A stretch of DNA of 42,232 nt from Candidatus Scatovivens sp. (GCA_045602645.1 JAZSBZ010000085.1:1-42232); one strand, 5' to 3'. Positions 18,076-27,434 are shown, counted from the first letter of the stretch. Program-made: numbers and translations. Notes: a model not told the origin generated them from the letters alone.

Positions 18076-19414
18076 GTGGTAATTGTGAAAAGATTTAAAA
18101 CATTTTTATTAAATACAATAGCTCTAGTGATTTCTTCCGTTATCTTTCGAGGAATTGACATTTATTTTTCATCATATATTTCGCAAAAAATCGGAAATGA
18201 AATGCTTGGAATATACCATTTAATCATGAGTGTATATCTATTTCGGCATTACACTTGGAACATCTGGAATAAATCTAGCTGTTACAAAAATTATATCTGA
18301 AAAACTAGCTAATAATAACAAAAATATTCATTCAACAATGACAAAATGTATCTATATTACCTTAATAACCAGTATATCTACTAGCATTATTCTTTGGAGT
18401 TTTAAAGATTTTATTGTCGAAACATTCTTACATAATAAAGTTAATTCTAATATTATAAAACTTATTTGCTTAGCCCTTCCATTAATTTCAATATCTTCTG
18501 CACTATCAGGTTATTTTGCTGGTGTAAGAAGAATCTATAAAAATGCTATTGGCCAATTTATTGAGCATACATTTAAAGTTTTAATATCTGCTTTTTTTAT
18601 AAATCTTTATTTACCTAAAGGATTAGAATATTCATGTTTTGCATTAATACTTGGTGACTTATTATCAGAACTCGTATCATTTATTTTTATATACATCACC
18701 TATTTTTTAGATAAGAAAAAACATTTTAATTTAAAAAATACTTCAACTGAAACAAATAAAAATGAAACTTCATCAATACTTAATATATTACTACCAGTAT
18801 CTTTTACATCTTATATTAGATCTGGTCTTACAACTTTAAAACAACTTATAATTCCTTCTAGTTTAGAAAAAAGTGGCTCAAGTTGTAATCAAGCACTAAC
18901 TAATTATGGAATTATAAATGGTCTAGCCCTTCCAATAATCATGTTTCCTGATATTTTAATAAAATCTTTTGCTAGTTTACTTATCCCTGAATTTGCAAGA
19001 TATCATGCAAAACATGATTATAAAAAAGCTAAGAAAATGTCTTTAATTTTACTTTCACTTTTATTCTTACTATCAATCTGTATTAGTATTTTTTTATATA
19101 TTTTTTCCAATAAAATCAGTCTACTATTATATAAAAGTTTAGATGCATCTTATTTTATAAAATTATTAGCACCACTTAGCATTTTCATCTATATTGATAC
19201 CGTTGTAGATAGTGTTTTAAGAGGTTTAGATGCACAAGTTGGTGTTATGATAGTCAATATATTAGATTTAATAATAAGTACTTCATTTATATATTTCATT
19301 GTCCCAAAAATAGGATTAATTGGCTATATAATATCAATTTATTTAAGTGAACTTATAAATTTCTTTTTCAGCCTTATGATACTTATAAATATATTTAAAA
19401 AGAGTACAAATTAA
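18076..19414 (+). pseudogene. spoVB: SpoVB/Wzx-type (MOP superfamily) flippase interrupted by a +1 frameshift near 18230-18240
   Basis: The 74-aa and 394-aa ORFs overlap. Joined they read ...IGNEMLGIYHLIMSVY/IYFGITLGTSGINLAVTKIISE, which is the continuous N-terminal pattern of SpoVB-like proteins. The likely true start is GTG 18085 after AAGGTGG. Confidence 0.7.
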
Positions 19415-19426
19415 TGTACTCTTTTT

Positions 19427-20134
19427 TCATTCTATAAAATTATAAGTTTCATCTTCATTTTCTATTCCTTCTAAATTATAGTATGTATCAGGAACTTCAC
19501 CAACAATTACAGCATCTGTTAATAAAACCTTACTAGATATTGTTTGAGAAAAAGATCCAAATGGAGTTAATATACCTATCTTTCCAAAAACATTCAAATA
19601 TATTTTATGCTGAGTTTGATTTATTCCAACCGAAGTAAATTCTGTATTAACATTTGAATTTAAAATCCCTGCACTTTCAAGTTCAATTTCAAACTGAGGT
19701 TTTAACTTATTTAACATACTTATTCCAGATATTGTCCCCATATTTATAAAAACTTTAACTCTAGGTATTTTATCAAATTCATCTTGGATATTTAAATTAA
19801 TTTGAGAAACTATCTTATTTATTTGTGTAGTATCCATTTTAATAAAATTAACTTTACCACTCTCATCTTTTTCAATACTTATTAAATCACTATAATTTAT
19901 ATTCTTCACGATTTCGTTTACTTCTTGATTTATAATATGAACTCCTTTAGATTTAGCTGTATTTTCACACGAAGACTTAAAAACAGGATATGCTGCATCT
20001 ATAAAAAAACATATCAATAAAAAAATTACTATCAAAAACGTTAATATCATAAAACTAAAAAAACTTTTCCATGAATTAATCTTTAATCTAATTCTTTTTC
20101 TTGAATATAATTTGTCAATCTTCACCACCTCCAC
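19427..20134 (-). CDS. yunB: sporulation protein YunB
   Basis: N-terminal TM plus conserved VGINQTQHKIYL and IVGEVPDTYY blocks. Confidence 0.8.
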   Translation of the reverse strand: MEVVKIDKLYSRKRIRLKINSWKSFFSFMILTFLIVIFLLICFFIDAAYPVFKSSCENTAKSKGVHIINQEVNEIVKNINYSDLISIEKDESGKVNFIKMDTTQINKIVSQINLNIQDEFDKIPRVKVFINMGTISGISMLNKLKPQFEIELESAGILNSNVNTEFTSVGINQTQHKIYLNVFGKIGILTPFGSFSQTISSKVLLTDAVIVGEVPDTYYNLEGIENEDETYNFIE

Positions 20135-20192
20135 ATTATATTAAATATCTTAAAAAGACGGTTAAAAACCGCCTTCTCACTTTAAATAAAGA

Positions 20193-21659
20193 TTATTTAA
20201 CTATATAAATTCTTTCTATATCTCTCAAATCTTCTTCACTTTTAATATCATTTACATCCATTATATTTTCTTTTTTAATATTAAATTTTTTGGCAATATT
20301 CCAAAGAGTATCTTCTGGTTTTACAAAATACATTTGCATAGTATAATCTTCTTGCTTTCTTTCCTCAATTTCAATATCTTTAATTATAACTACTTTCTTA
20401 TATTTTTCATCTGTATATTCTACTTCGATATCAACCTTATAACTTAACACTTGGCCCAATAAACTAACACTTTTAGATAAAACATTAAATTTTACTTGTT
20501 CAATTTTTGAAACAGTATTTTTAAATCTAAAATCAAAAGGAATTTTAAATGTTTTAACGTTTATTCTTGGACTTGAATCTACAAAATAAAACACATCCAT
20601 CATAATCTCAGCTTCTACTTTATCTGCCTTTTTTGAGATTACTTTAATAAAAGTATCTACATCAATTATTGAAGATGCACCTTCTAAGTCTAATTTATTT
20701 TCTAAATTAATTAACTCATTTTCTTTATTTATAAATAAATTTACAATTTCATCATCTTTTATAATTTTTATAAAATCTTTTTGACTATACATATCTTCAA
20801 TAATATTAATAGTTTCTTTTTTATAAACATATGCTTCTATTTCAAATTCTGCCTCAATATTAAATACATCTAAATTTAAATCATTTATTTTCACAGTACC
20901 TGTCTTCATTTTATATTCTGTTTCCACAATTAATCCCTCATTTGCACCTTCAACATCAATAAACCCCATTACAGGAAAGCATTCTTCTTTAAATTTTATT
21001 TCACCATTTTCTGTTAAATATACTATCTTTACTTCTAAATCAGCTTTAGATAAAACTTTATTATTACTTACTTTGTTTTCAAAATTCTTTAAATTATAAT
21101 TAACTTTAAAAATTTCAGCAATTTGTTCATTAGTAATTTTTAACTCTTCTACAATTGATGTTTTAGCTTTTCCAAAACCGCAAAATATTTCAATGTCATA
21201 TGCTGTTTCAAGTTTTTCAATCATTTCTAAATCATTATATTCACAAATACTACATTCTGTTTCAAAAAAAGCATCATATTTAAATGTTAAAAATATTCTA
21301 ACTTGTAACTTTCTTTCATTTAATATTTTACTTTCAATTATATCAATGTCTACTTTATTTCTTAACCTAATCCCCTCTTTTAAATCACTATCTTCTATTG
21401 TTTCTAATAGGCAAAATTCAGATTCTATACATCTATTTTCTCCATTATCTGAAAGATATATGATATTTGACTTAATTACTCCTTCTATTCTTAATTTGCC
21501 ATCCATTATATCTTCTTTATGTATGAAAGGATTAGCCCCTACATTTACAATATTAACGATATCAGGTTTTACATCTGGTACTATAACATCTCCAACAATT
21601 TCAATTTTCTTTTCTTTAGACAAAACTTTTTTATTTATTTTAAATGTTCTTTTTTCCAT
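20193..21659 (-). CDS. DUF3794 (SPOCS)-repeat protein with C-terminal LysM domain
   Basis: 488 aa. N-terminal VPDVKPDI motif and repeated beta-rich modules. C-terminal LysM (YFVKPEDTLWNIAKKFNIKKENIMDVN). Confidence 0.7.
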   Translation of the reverse strand: MEKRTFKINKKVLSKEKKIEIVGDVIVPDVKPDIVNIVNVGANPFIHKEDIMDGKLRIEGVIKSNIIYLSDNGENRCIESEFCLLETIEDSDLKEGIRLRNKVDIDIIESKILNERKLQVRIFLTFKYDAFFETECSICEYNDLEMIEKLETAYDIEIFCGFGKAKTSIVEELKITNEQIAEIFKVNYNLKNFENKVSNNKVLSKADLEVKIVYLTENGEIKFKEECFPVMGFIDVEGANEGLIVETEYKMKTGTVKINDLNLDVFNIEAEFEIEAYVYKKETINIIEDMYSQKDFIKIIKDDEIVNLFINKENELINLENKLDLEGASSIIDVDTFIKVISKKADKVEAEIMMDVFYFVDSSPRINVKTFKIPFDFRFKNTVSKIEQVKFNVLSKSVSLLGQVLSYKVDIEVEYTDEKYKKVVIIKDIEIEERKQEDYTMQMYFVKPEDTLWNIAKKFNIKKENIMDVNDIKSEEDLRDIERIYIVK

Positions 21660-21732
21660 AAAAAAATCCTCCTTAAATGTTATCTTTTATAACATTTATA
21701 TGAGGATAAACAAAAAAAATTCCTAAAACTAA

Positions 21733-22053
21733 TTAGGAATTTTCTATTACTTCATGATTGATTCTTGTTTTCTTTACGTCTAATTGTGGTTGAACTAATG
21801 GTTCATATGTTTCACCGTTATACATAGTCACTTCAACTGATCTTGTAAATAAATCAGTATAATTGTATGAACCTACTCTATCGGCTTCTTCAAATTTTAC
21901 TCTAAAATAACTATTATAAACATTTTCAATTACTGCTGCCTTCTCTTGTGGTTTACTTCTTTTACCTGGTGACTCTTTTATAATAATTTTTTGTCCTATG
22001 TTTTCTCCAATGTTTTTTCTTAAGTCTGCAATTTCAGATCTGTAAATTCCCAT
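21733..22053 (-). CDS. veg: Veg-family protein
   Basis: Alignable by eye to B. subtilis Veg (IADLRKNIGENIGQKIII..., VGSYNYTDLFTRSVEVTMYN), with an extra C-terminal tail of about 25 aa. Confidence 0.8.
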   Translation of the reverse strand: MGIYRSEIADLRKNIGENIGQKIIIKESPGKRSKPQEKAAVIENVYNSYFRVKFEEADRVGSYNYTDLFTRSVEVTMYNGETYEPLVQPQLDVKKTRINHEVIENS

Positions 22054-22089
22054 TTCTCAATCACCTTCTCTTTCGATTTACTTGAGCTT

Positions 22090-22118
22090 TTTATATCACG
22101 ATTAGGGTAAAAAGTCAA
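22090..22118 (-). promoter_or_regulatory. sigma-A-type promoter of veg
   Basis: Minus strand reads TTGACT, 17 nt, TATAAA. Confidence 0.55.
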
Positions 22119-22239
22119 AAGACTATGCTGCAGCCAAAAGGCAGCTTTTCATTGTTAGAGAAGCGATACAGAGTTTTATTTGGTTAATTATCATTTACGT
22201 TACATCTTCTTTACATTTTTATTACAAATTGACAAATGT

Positions 22240-22530
22240 TTATTTTAAGCACTTTTCGTCCGAATTATATAACAAATGACTATACTTAAGTTTTGTTGCC
22301 TGCCCACCTCTTATATGGCGTTCAGCCTTATTTTTATCTAACACTTTTCTAACTTCCTTGGCTAAAGCATAATTAATTTTTATTAACCTTTGACTAACAT
22401 CTTTATGTACGCTACTTTTACTTATCCCAAAAGTTTTAGCAGCTCCTCTTACTGTATCTTCAGTATCTATAATGTAATGAGCCAATAAAACAGCTCTTTC
22501 TTCTATAGACATTCTCTTAATCTTATGCAT
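22240..22530 (-). CDS. spoIIID: sporulation transcriptional regulator SpoIIID
   Basis: HTH block TVRGAAKTFGISKSSVHKDV and C-terminal HIRGGQATKLKY match SpoIIID. GGAGG SD. Confidence 0.9.
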   Translation of the reverse strand: MHKIKRMSIEERAVLLAHYIIDTEDTVRGAAKTFGISKSSVHKDVSQRLIKINYALAKEVRKVLDKNKAERHIRGGQATKLKYSHLLYNSDEKCLK

Positions 22531-22607
22531 ATAATCCTCCTTCTACTAAACTTTCTTTTTCCAAGTATATTCACATATACTTTTAGGTAGAACAAAGATT
22601 TTAAGCA

Positions 22608-22633
22608 CAAAAAAGCAGGTTTTTACACCTGCT
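22608..22633 (-). terminator. intrinsic terminator after the 160-aa gene
   Basis: Minus strand reads AGCAGGU-GUAAAA-ACCUGCU followed by UUUUUUG. Confidence 0.75.
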
Positions 22634-22646
22634 CTTAAATTTTTAA

Positions 22647-23129
22647 TTATTTTAAAAGATTCTTTATAAAAGATATTACTCTTTCCCAAAATGTTGCTTT
22701 ATTCATGCATACTAGTACGAATTTATCTTCAACATTTTCTATTTTAGGTTCTTCTATATTTTCTGATTTTTCTTCTTTCTTTTCATCTTTATTATCTTTT
22801 TTAAAAATATTATCTGGATTATATAATTCTCTTGCCTTTGTATCTTCTTCAATTTGATTTTGTTTACAAAGATCTAATATATACTCTTTTTCTTCTGTAG
22901 AATCATTGATATATTTTAAAAATATGTATGATAAAAATCGCTTTGTATTTTCATTCTCTATTTGAATATCCAAAGGAATATTTACATCTATGTCAAAGTC
23001 TACATTTTTATCTTTATTAACCTCTAAATAATTCTTTAAATCTTCAGGTAGTTTGGATAATAATTCAAGTTTGTTTAATATAATATAAGTTTCACAAGCA
23101 GTCTTTTTATCTATAATCTTATTCATCAC
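22647..23129 (-). CDS. acidic 160-aa hypothetical protein, translationally coupled to the upstream transglutaminase-core gene
   Basis: The start overlaps the upstream stop by 11 nt. Has a Lys/Glu-rich low-complexity centre. No motif I can assign. Confidence 0.6.
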   Translation of the reverse strand: MMNKIIDKKTACETYIILNKLELLSKLPEDLKNYLEVNKDKNVDFDIDVNIPLDIQIENENTKRFLSYIFLKYINDSTEEKEYILDLCKQNQIEEDTKARELYNPDNIFKKDNKDEKKEEKSENIEEPKIENVEDKFVLVCMNKATFWERVISFIKNLLK

Positions 23130-24837
23130 AAACCTCCTCTCTAGATTCTTCTTTCGGTTTTATCAAGCATAATTCTCCAACTTCTTTTGATATATCTTGA
23201 AGTTGATTTGCAGTCATTCCTCTTTTTGCAGTACTTATACATAAAGAACTAAGTGAAGATACTGCTCGAGCTTCTTTTTTCTCTTCTGGAGATTTCTCTA
23301 CAACAATTCCTTCAAATAATTCAAGTTGTTTTTCATCACTAATTGTTTCGTTACATCCTAACCATCTTTCATTATTTATACCTAGTTTAAATCTTTTATG
23401 ATTAAAATCATCTGTTGATTTCATGCAATATTTAAGAGGATATCTTCCTGCAACGATATCTGGCGCATCCCAAGTTAAATCTGTCCAATAATCTTCACCA
23501 TCAAGTGTAACTCTATTCCATGCATGACCACCAGGATCACTTAAATCAAGTGGAACTCCACCTTCTATATCAACATTAGCACCAGCATATTCTGAATGTA
23601 TTCCGACACAAGCAAGTGTATTTCTTAATATATCAGCATAACCTGCACACACCGCTTTATTTTCTAGTAGTCCACCAATTAGATTTCTACAAGTTATACC
23701 TAAACGTTCGTCTTTTCTTCCTTCTTTACTAATTGCATAATAATCATAAGAAATCTTTTTTCCTAGAGCTTTATATATTTGTGCAAATACCTTCTTATCT
23801 CTATCAGGATCATGTTCCTCCGGAAACTCAACAGACTCTATTATCTTATCTATTTCTTTTCTAACAGCAATATATTCATCTCTTGTATATGGTTCACCTT
23901 GTTGTTCCCATGTATTTTGGCCATCTTCCATTCTAACAGAATATACTGATTCTCTTTTTTCTAGTTCTTCTGCAGTTAAATCACTAGCATTTTTTATAAC
24001 AGCACTTGTTTGTGCCTTTAATTTAAATTCTGGATCTAAAATTCTAAGATTATTTATATCACATTCAAACATTATATTTTCAGCAGAATTTAACACTTCT
24101 AATATCTCTGGTGCTTTTTCTACATCAATATCTTTATCATTAGACACCTTTAAATTTGGTATTATAGATAAATCTACTGTATCTTTTAATTTTAAATAAT
24201 CTGAAAGTGTTATTCTTTTAAATTTATAAGCATTTGCAATTGTTTCAAGTTCAACTCCAGAAAAAACAAATCCAGCTTCTGAATTTTGAATCAATTTAAC
24301 CGTATCCATAAAATATTCCGGAGCTATAGAATTTTCTTTTAAAGAAACTCGTACTTTTTTTCCTAATGTTGATACTATTGCTGGATTACTAATATTGCAT
24401 TTTTCTAAAGAAACATACTTTAAACTATCAAATCTATCAAACATTTCAGGTTTTTCTTGAGATAAATCAACATTTCTTAATGATATGTTTTCAATATCAG
24501 TATTAAGATGTTTTAAGCATGATAAATCAATAGGAATTGGCGCTCCCTTTCCTATTGGTGAAATATGTATATACTCTAAATGCATTACATCTAAAACTTT
24601 ACCTAAAGCATCAAGAGCATCATTTATCTCTTCTTGTGACGTATTTCTTGTAGATATATTAACTCTTAAATTTCTTATTTTATTTAATGTTTCATCTGGT
24701 AATTCTAAACTTTCATCATCATGTTCTATAACATTCGAAAAATCAATTCTATCTGTTGATTCGTCAAAAAATCTATTATCATGATCAAGTAAAGCTGTCA
24801 TTATGTTAGATGCAATTATACCATTTTTAATTATCAT
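23119..24837 (-). CDS. LRR-like N-terminal domain fused to a transglutaminase-like cysteine-protease core
   Basis: Cys-His-Asp signature spacing: KAVCAGYADILRNTL ... PGGHAWNRVTL ... YWTDLTWD. N-terminal LxxLxLxxN-like repeats (ISLRNVDLS, LKYVSLEKCNIS). No signal peptide. Confidence 0.7.
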   Translation of the reverse strand: MIIKNGIIASNIMTALLDHDNRFFDESTDRIDFSNVIEHDDESLELPDETLNKIRNLRVNISTRNTSQEEINDALDALGKVLDVMHLEYIHISPIGKGAPIPIDLSCLKHLNTDIENISLRNVDLSQEKPEMFDRFDSLKYVSLEKCNISNPAIVSTLGKKVRVSLKENSIAPEYFMDTVKLIQNSEAGFVFSGVELETIANAYKFKRITLSDYLKLKDTVDLSIIPNLKVSNDKDIDVEKAPEILEVLNSAENIMFECDINNLRILDPEFKLKAQTSAVIKNASDLTAEELEKRESVYSVRMEDGQNTWEQQGEPYTRDEYIAVRKEIDKIIESVEFPEEHDPDRDKKVFAQIYKALGKKISYDYYAISKEGRKDERLGITCRNLIGGLLENKAVCAGYADILRNTLACVGIHSEYAGANVDIEGGVPLDLSDPGGHAWNRVTLDGEDYWTDLTWDAPDIVAGRYPLKYCMKSTDDFNHKRFKLGINNERWLGCNETISDEKQLELFEGIVVEKSPEEKKEARAVSSLSSLCISTAKRGMTANQLQDISKEVGELCLIKPKEESREEVCDE

Positions 24838-24941
24838 TTGTCTTATCTCCTAAAAAATCTAAGTTTATTATAACATTTAAATATTTTTTTGTATTAATTT
24901 TTATAAAATTAGATATATCATTTATATTACTATTTTAAAAC

Positions 24942-24965
24942 AAAAAAAAGAGCTTTTAAAAGCTC
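24942..24965 (-). terminator. intrinsic terminator of hppA
   Basis: Palindrome GAGCTTTTAAAAGCTC followed on the minus strand by an 8-T run. Confidence 0.7.
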
Positions 24966-25076
24966 AAGAGGCTACCAGGTAATTCTACCCAGTAGCCCGC
25001 AGTTATGAGTTAGCCCTAAAAGCCTATTTGAATCCGATGCTTTTTCCTGGTGCCACACTGGCACCTTACATGGAAA

Positions 25077-27221
25077 TCACTTGAAAAGCATTTCAATAAG
25101 ACTCATCAGGTTATATTCAGCAAAGATACATACGAAGATGATCGATACTGTACTCATTATTTTGATCAGAATATCCAGAGACGGTCCAACCGTGTCTTTC
25201 AGCGGATCTCCGACCGTGTCGCCGACAACCGCAGCATGGTGCTCAGGAGTGCCTTTTCTACCGAGAGACTCGATATACTTTTTAGCATTATCCCATGCGC
25301 CACCGCTATTACCACAAAATACAGCAAGCATAATTGCAGCAATTGTTGCGCCGACAAGAATACCAGCAACAAACTCAGGTCCAAATACAAATCCGGAAAC
25401 AATCGGAACCAATACAGAAATCAAGGCAGGAACCTTCATCTCTCCCAAGGCACCGTTTGTCGCAATCTGAATACACTTCTTGTAGTTAGGCTTAGTCTTT
25501 CCCTCTCGAAGTCCAGGAATAGTCCTAAACTGGTTTCTTACCTCATCAACCATTTTCTGTGCAGAATTAGATACTGCTTTGATCAAGAGGCTAGAGAAAT
25601 AGAACGTAAGCGCTGCACCTACAAGTGCACCCACCAGCGTAAGCGGATTCATAAAGTCGAGTACGATGTCAGCCGTTACAGGTGTAAACGTATACAAATA
25701 GCTGATCATCAAAGATACAGTTGCAAACGCGGCCGATCCAATAGCAAAACCCTTGCCAATAGCCGCAGTTGTATTGCCAACCGCATCAAGTTTGTCAGTA
25801 ATTGCTCGAACGTCATCACCAAGATTACTCATCTCAGCAATTCCGCCAGCATTGTCACTAATAGGTCCATACGTGTCAACAGACACCGTAATGGTAACGA
25901 ATGAAAGCATACCTACCGCGGCCATGGCTACGCCAAATGTACCGGAGCAGAAATATGCAATAAGCAGTGCTGTGCCAAGACTAAGAACTGTAAGAAGTGT
26001 AGAACGCATGCCTACAGACAAACCTTCAGTAATAGTTATGGCGGGGCTGTTCTTACATGCTTCTGCAAGTCTCTGCGTGGGACGATAATCATAACTCGTA
26101 TAATATTCACTTATCATACCAATTACAATTCCACACCCGATACCTACAATCGCAGATACCCAAGGAGACATCATGCCAAGCTTAAACGGAAGAGCACCAA
26201 AGTCTTCTCCCCAAAACGTGACAAGTGTAAGAACGAGTGTAGCAACTGCAGTGAGTCCTGCAGAAAGCCAGGTTCCTTTATTCATTTCCTTATGAGGGTC
26301 GGTAATATTTTTTCTACCAAACACATACATAAGACCAATGATACAAGATACAAGGCCAAGTGCTACAAACATAATCGGGAACATATAGAGCTTCTCAAAA
26401 AGCTCAGGGCTGAAGCCCATATTCTTAGCCTGATACGAAATGCACAAATGGAACACAAGTACAATCGCACTGACAATGGCACCCATATAGGATTCCAAAA
26501 GGTCAGAGCCAAGACCTGCAGTATCACCAACGTTGTCACCAACGCAGTCAGCAATTACAGCAGGATTTCGAGGATCATCCTCAGGGATATTCTCTTCCGT
26601 TTTACCTACAAGGTCAGCACCCATATCAGCAGCTTTAGTATAAATACCACCACCAACACGGTTAAACATTGCGACAATAGAACATCCAAGTGCATAGGAC
26701 GTCAATGTCATCGAAAACGGTACAAACGAGATTCCGCACCAGTTAGTTACGCTTTCCAGTTGGCCAATTTGACCACCGTATACAAAGAAAATAATTACAA
26801 GGCCGATCAGTGCGCAACTACTGACTAAAAGTCCCATGACGGAACCGCCCCGAAGAGCTACCTTAAGCGTTGCACCAATATCTTTGGTGGTTCTCGCTGT
26901 ATTAGCAACTCTTACGTTTGCGTGTGTTGCCATCTGCATGCCTACATAACCTGCAATAGCGCTCATGAAAACGCCCAGTACAAACGCAACTGCGCTAGAT
27001 ACTGACAGGAAAACTGCAAACAGCAGGGCTAATGCTACGACTACTATGCTAAGAACCTTATACTCACTCATGAGAAAAGTCTTTGCACCTACCCGGATAG
27101 CTTTTGCTATCTCTTTCATTTGATTAGTACCTGACGGAAGTCGCCTGACTTTACTAAAGCCATACGCCGCGTAAACGACTCCCATTACGGCGATTGTGAT
27201 TACTGCGAACAATACTCTCAT
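25077..27221 (-). CDS. hppA: K+-dependent-type membrane-bound ion-translocating pyrophosphatase
   Basis: 714 aa, about 16 TM. Conserved blocks DNVGDTAGLGSDL, GNTTAAIGKGFAIGSAA, GGAWDNAKKY and VGDTVGDPLKDT. The Ala in GNTTAA marks the K+-dependent subfamily. Confidence 0.95.
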   Translation of the reverse strand: MRVLFAVITIAVMGVVYAAYGFSKVRRLPSGTNQMKEIAKAIRVGAKTFLMSEYKVLSIVVVALALLFAVFLSVSSAVAFVLGVFMSAIAGYVGMQMATHANVRVANTARTTKDIGATLKVALRGGSVMGLLVSSCALIGLVIIFFVYGGQIGQLESVTNWCGISFVPFSMTLTSYALGCSIVAMFNRVGGGIYTKAADMGADLVGKTEENIPEDDPRNPAVIADCVGDNVGDTAGLGSDLLESYMGAIVSAIVLVFHLCISYQAKNMGFSPELFEKLYMFPIMFVALGLVSCIIGLMYVFGRKNITDPHKEMNKGTWLSAGLTAVATLVLTLVTFWGEDFGALPFKLGMMSPWVSAIVGIGCGIVIGMISEYYTSYDYRPTQRLAEACKNSPAITITEGLSVGMRSTLLTVLSLGTALLIAYFCSGTFGVAMAAVGMLSFVTITVSVDTYGPISDNAGGIAEMSNLGDDVRAITDKLDAVGNTTAAIGKGFAIGSAAFATVSLMISYLYTFTPVTADIVLDFMNPLTLVGALVGAALTFYFSSLLIKAVSNSAQKMVDEVRNQFRTIPGLREGKTKPNYKKCIQIATNGALGEMKVPALISVLVPIVSGFVFGPEFVAGILVGATIAAIMLAVFCGNSGGAWDNAKKYIESLGRKGTPEHHAAVVGDTVGDPLKDTVGPSLDILIKIMSTVSIIFVCIFAEYNLMSLIEMLFK

Positions 27222-27373
27222 AGTTACTCTCCTTTACTCTAGATTTTGATGTTGCTAAGTAATGCCCTTTGGTACAGTAATAGTTCTTCGCATTCCTCCT
27301 TTACTATTAGGGTAATATCTTGCAAATGCAAAATATTCCATCTATATTAAATCCGATATACGGATACAACAGT

Positions 27374-27402
27374 ATTTTAGCACCTTTTTTCGTGTTTTGC
27401 AA
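27374..27402 (-). promoter_or_regulatory. extended -10 promoter upstream of hppA
   Basis: Minus strand reads TTGCAA, 17 nt (ending TGC), TAAAAT. This leaves an about 145-nt leader. Confidence 0.5.
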
Positions 27403-27434
27403 TATTTTTAACTAATTATGTAAAATATTTTTAA

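Noticed and set aside
25050-26828. Several long plus-strand ORFs (284, 129, 111 and 178 aa) and two short minus-strand ORFs inside the hppA region
   Set aside because: They lie antisense to, or out of frame within, a confidently identified and fully conserved pyrophosphatase gene. Their translations are Arg/Ser/Cys-rich or otherwise nonsense-like. They are shadow ORFs created by the locally high GC.
27270-27310. 12-codon upstream mini-ORF in the hppA leader as a leader peptide
   Set aside because: The GGAGG box is only about 1 nt from its ATG, which is too close to serve as an SD, and nothing suggests attenuation logic.
25033-27365. Shared AATCCGAT 8-mer near both edges of the GC-rich hppA island as possible target-site duplication
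   Set aside because: An 8-nt match is expected by chance in 42 kb, and the two copies are not positioned symmetrically at the composition boundaries.
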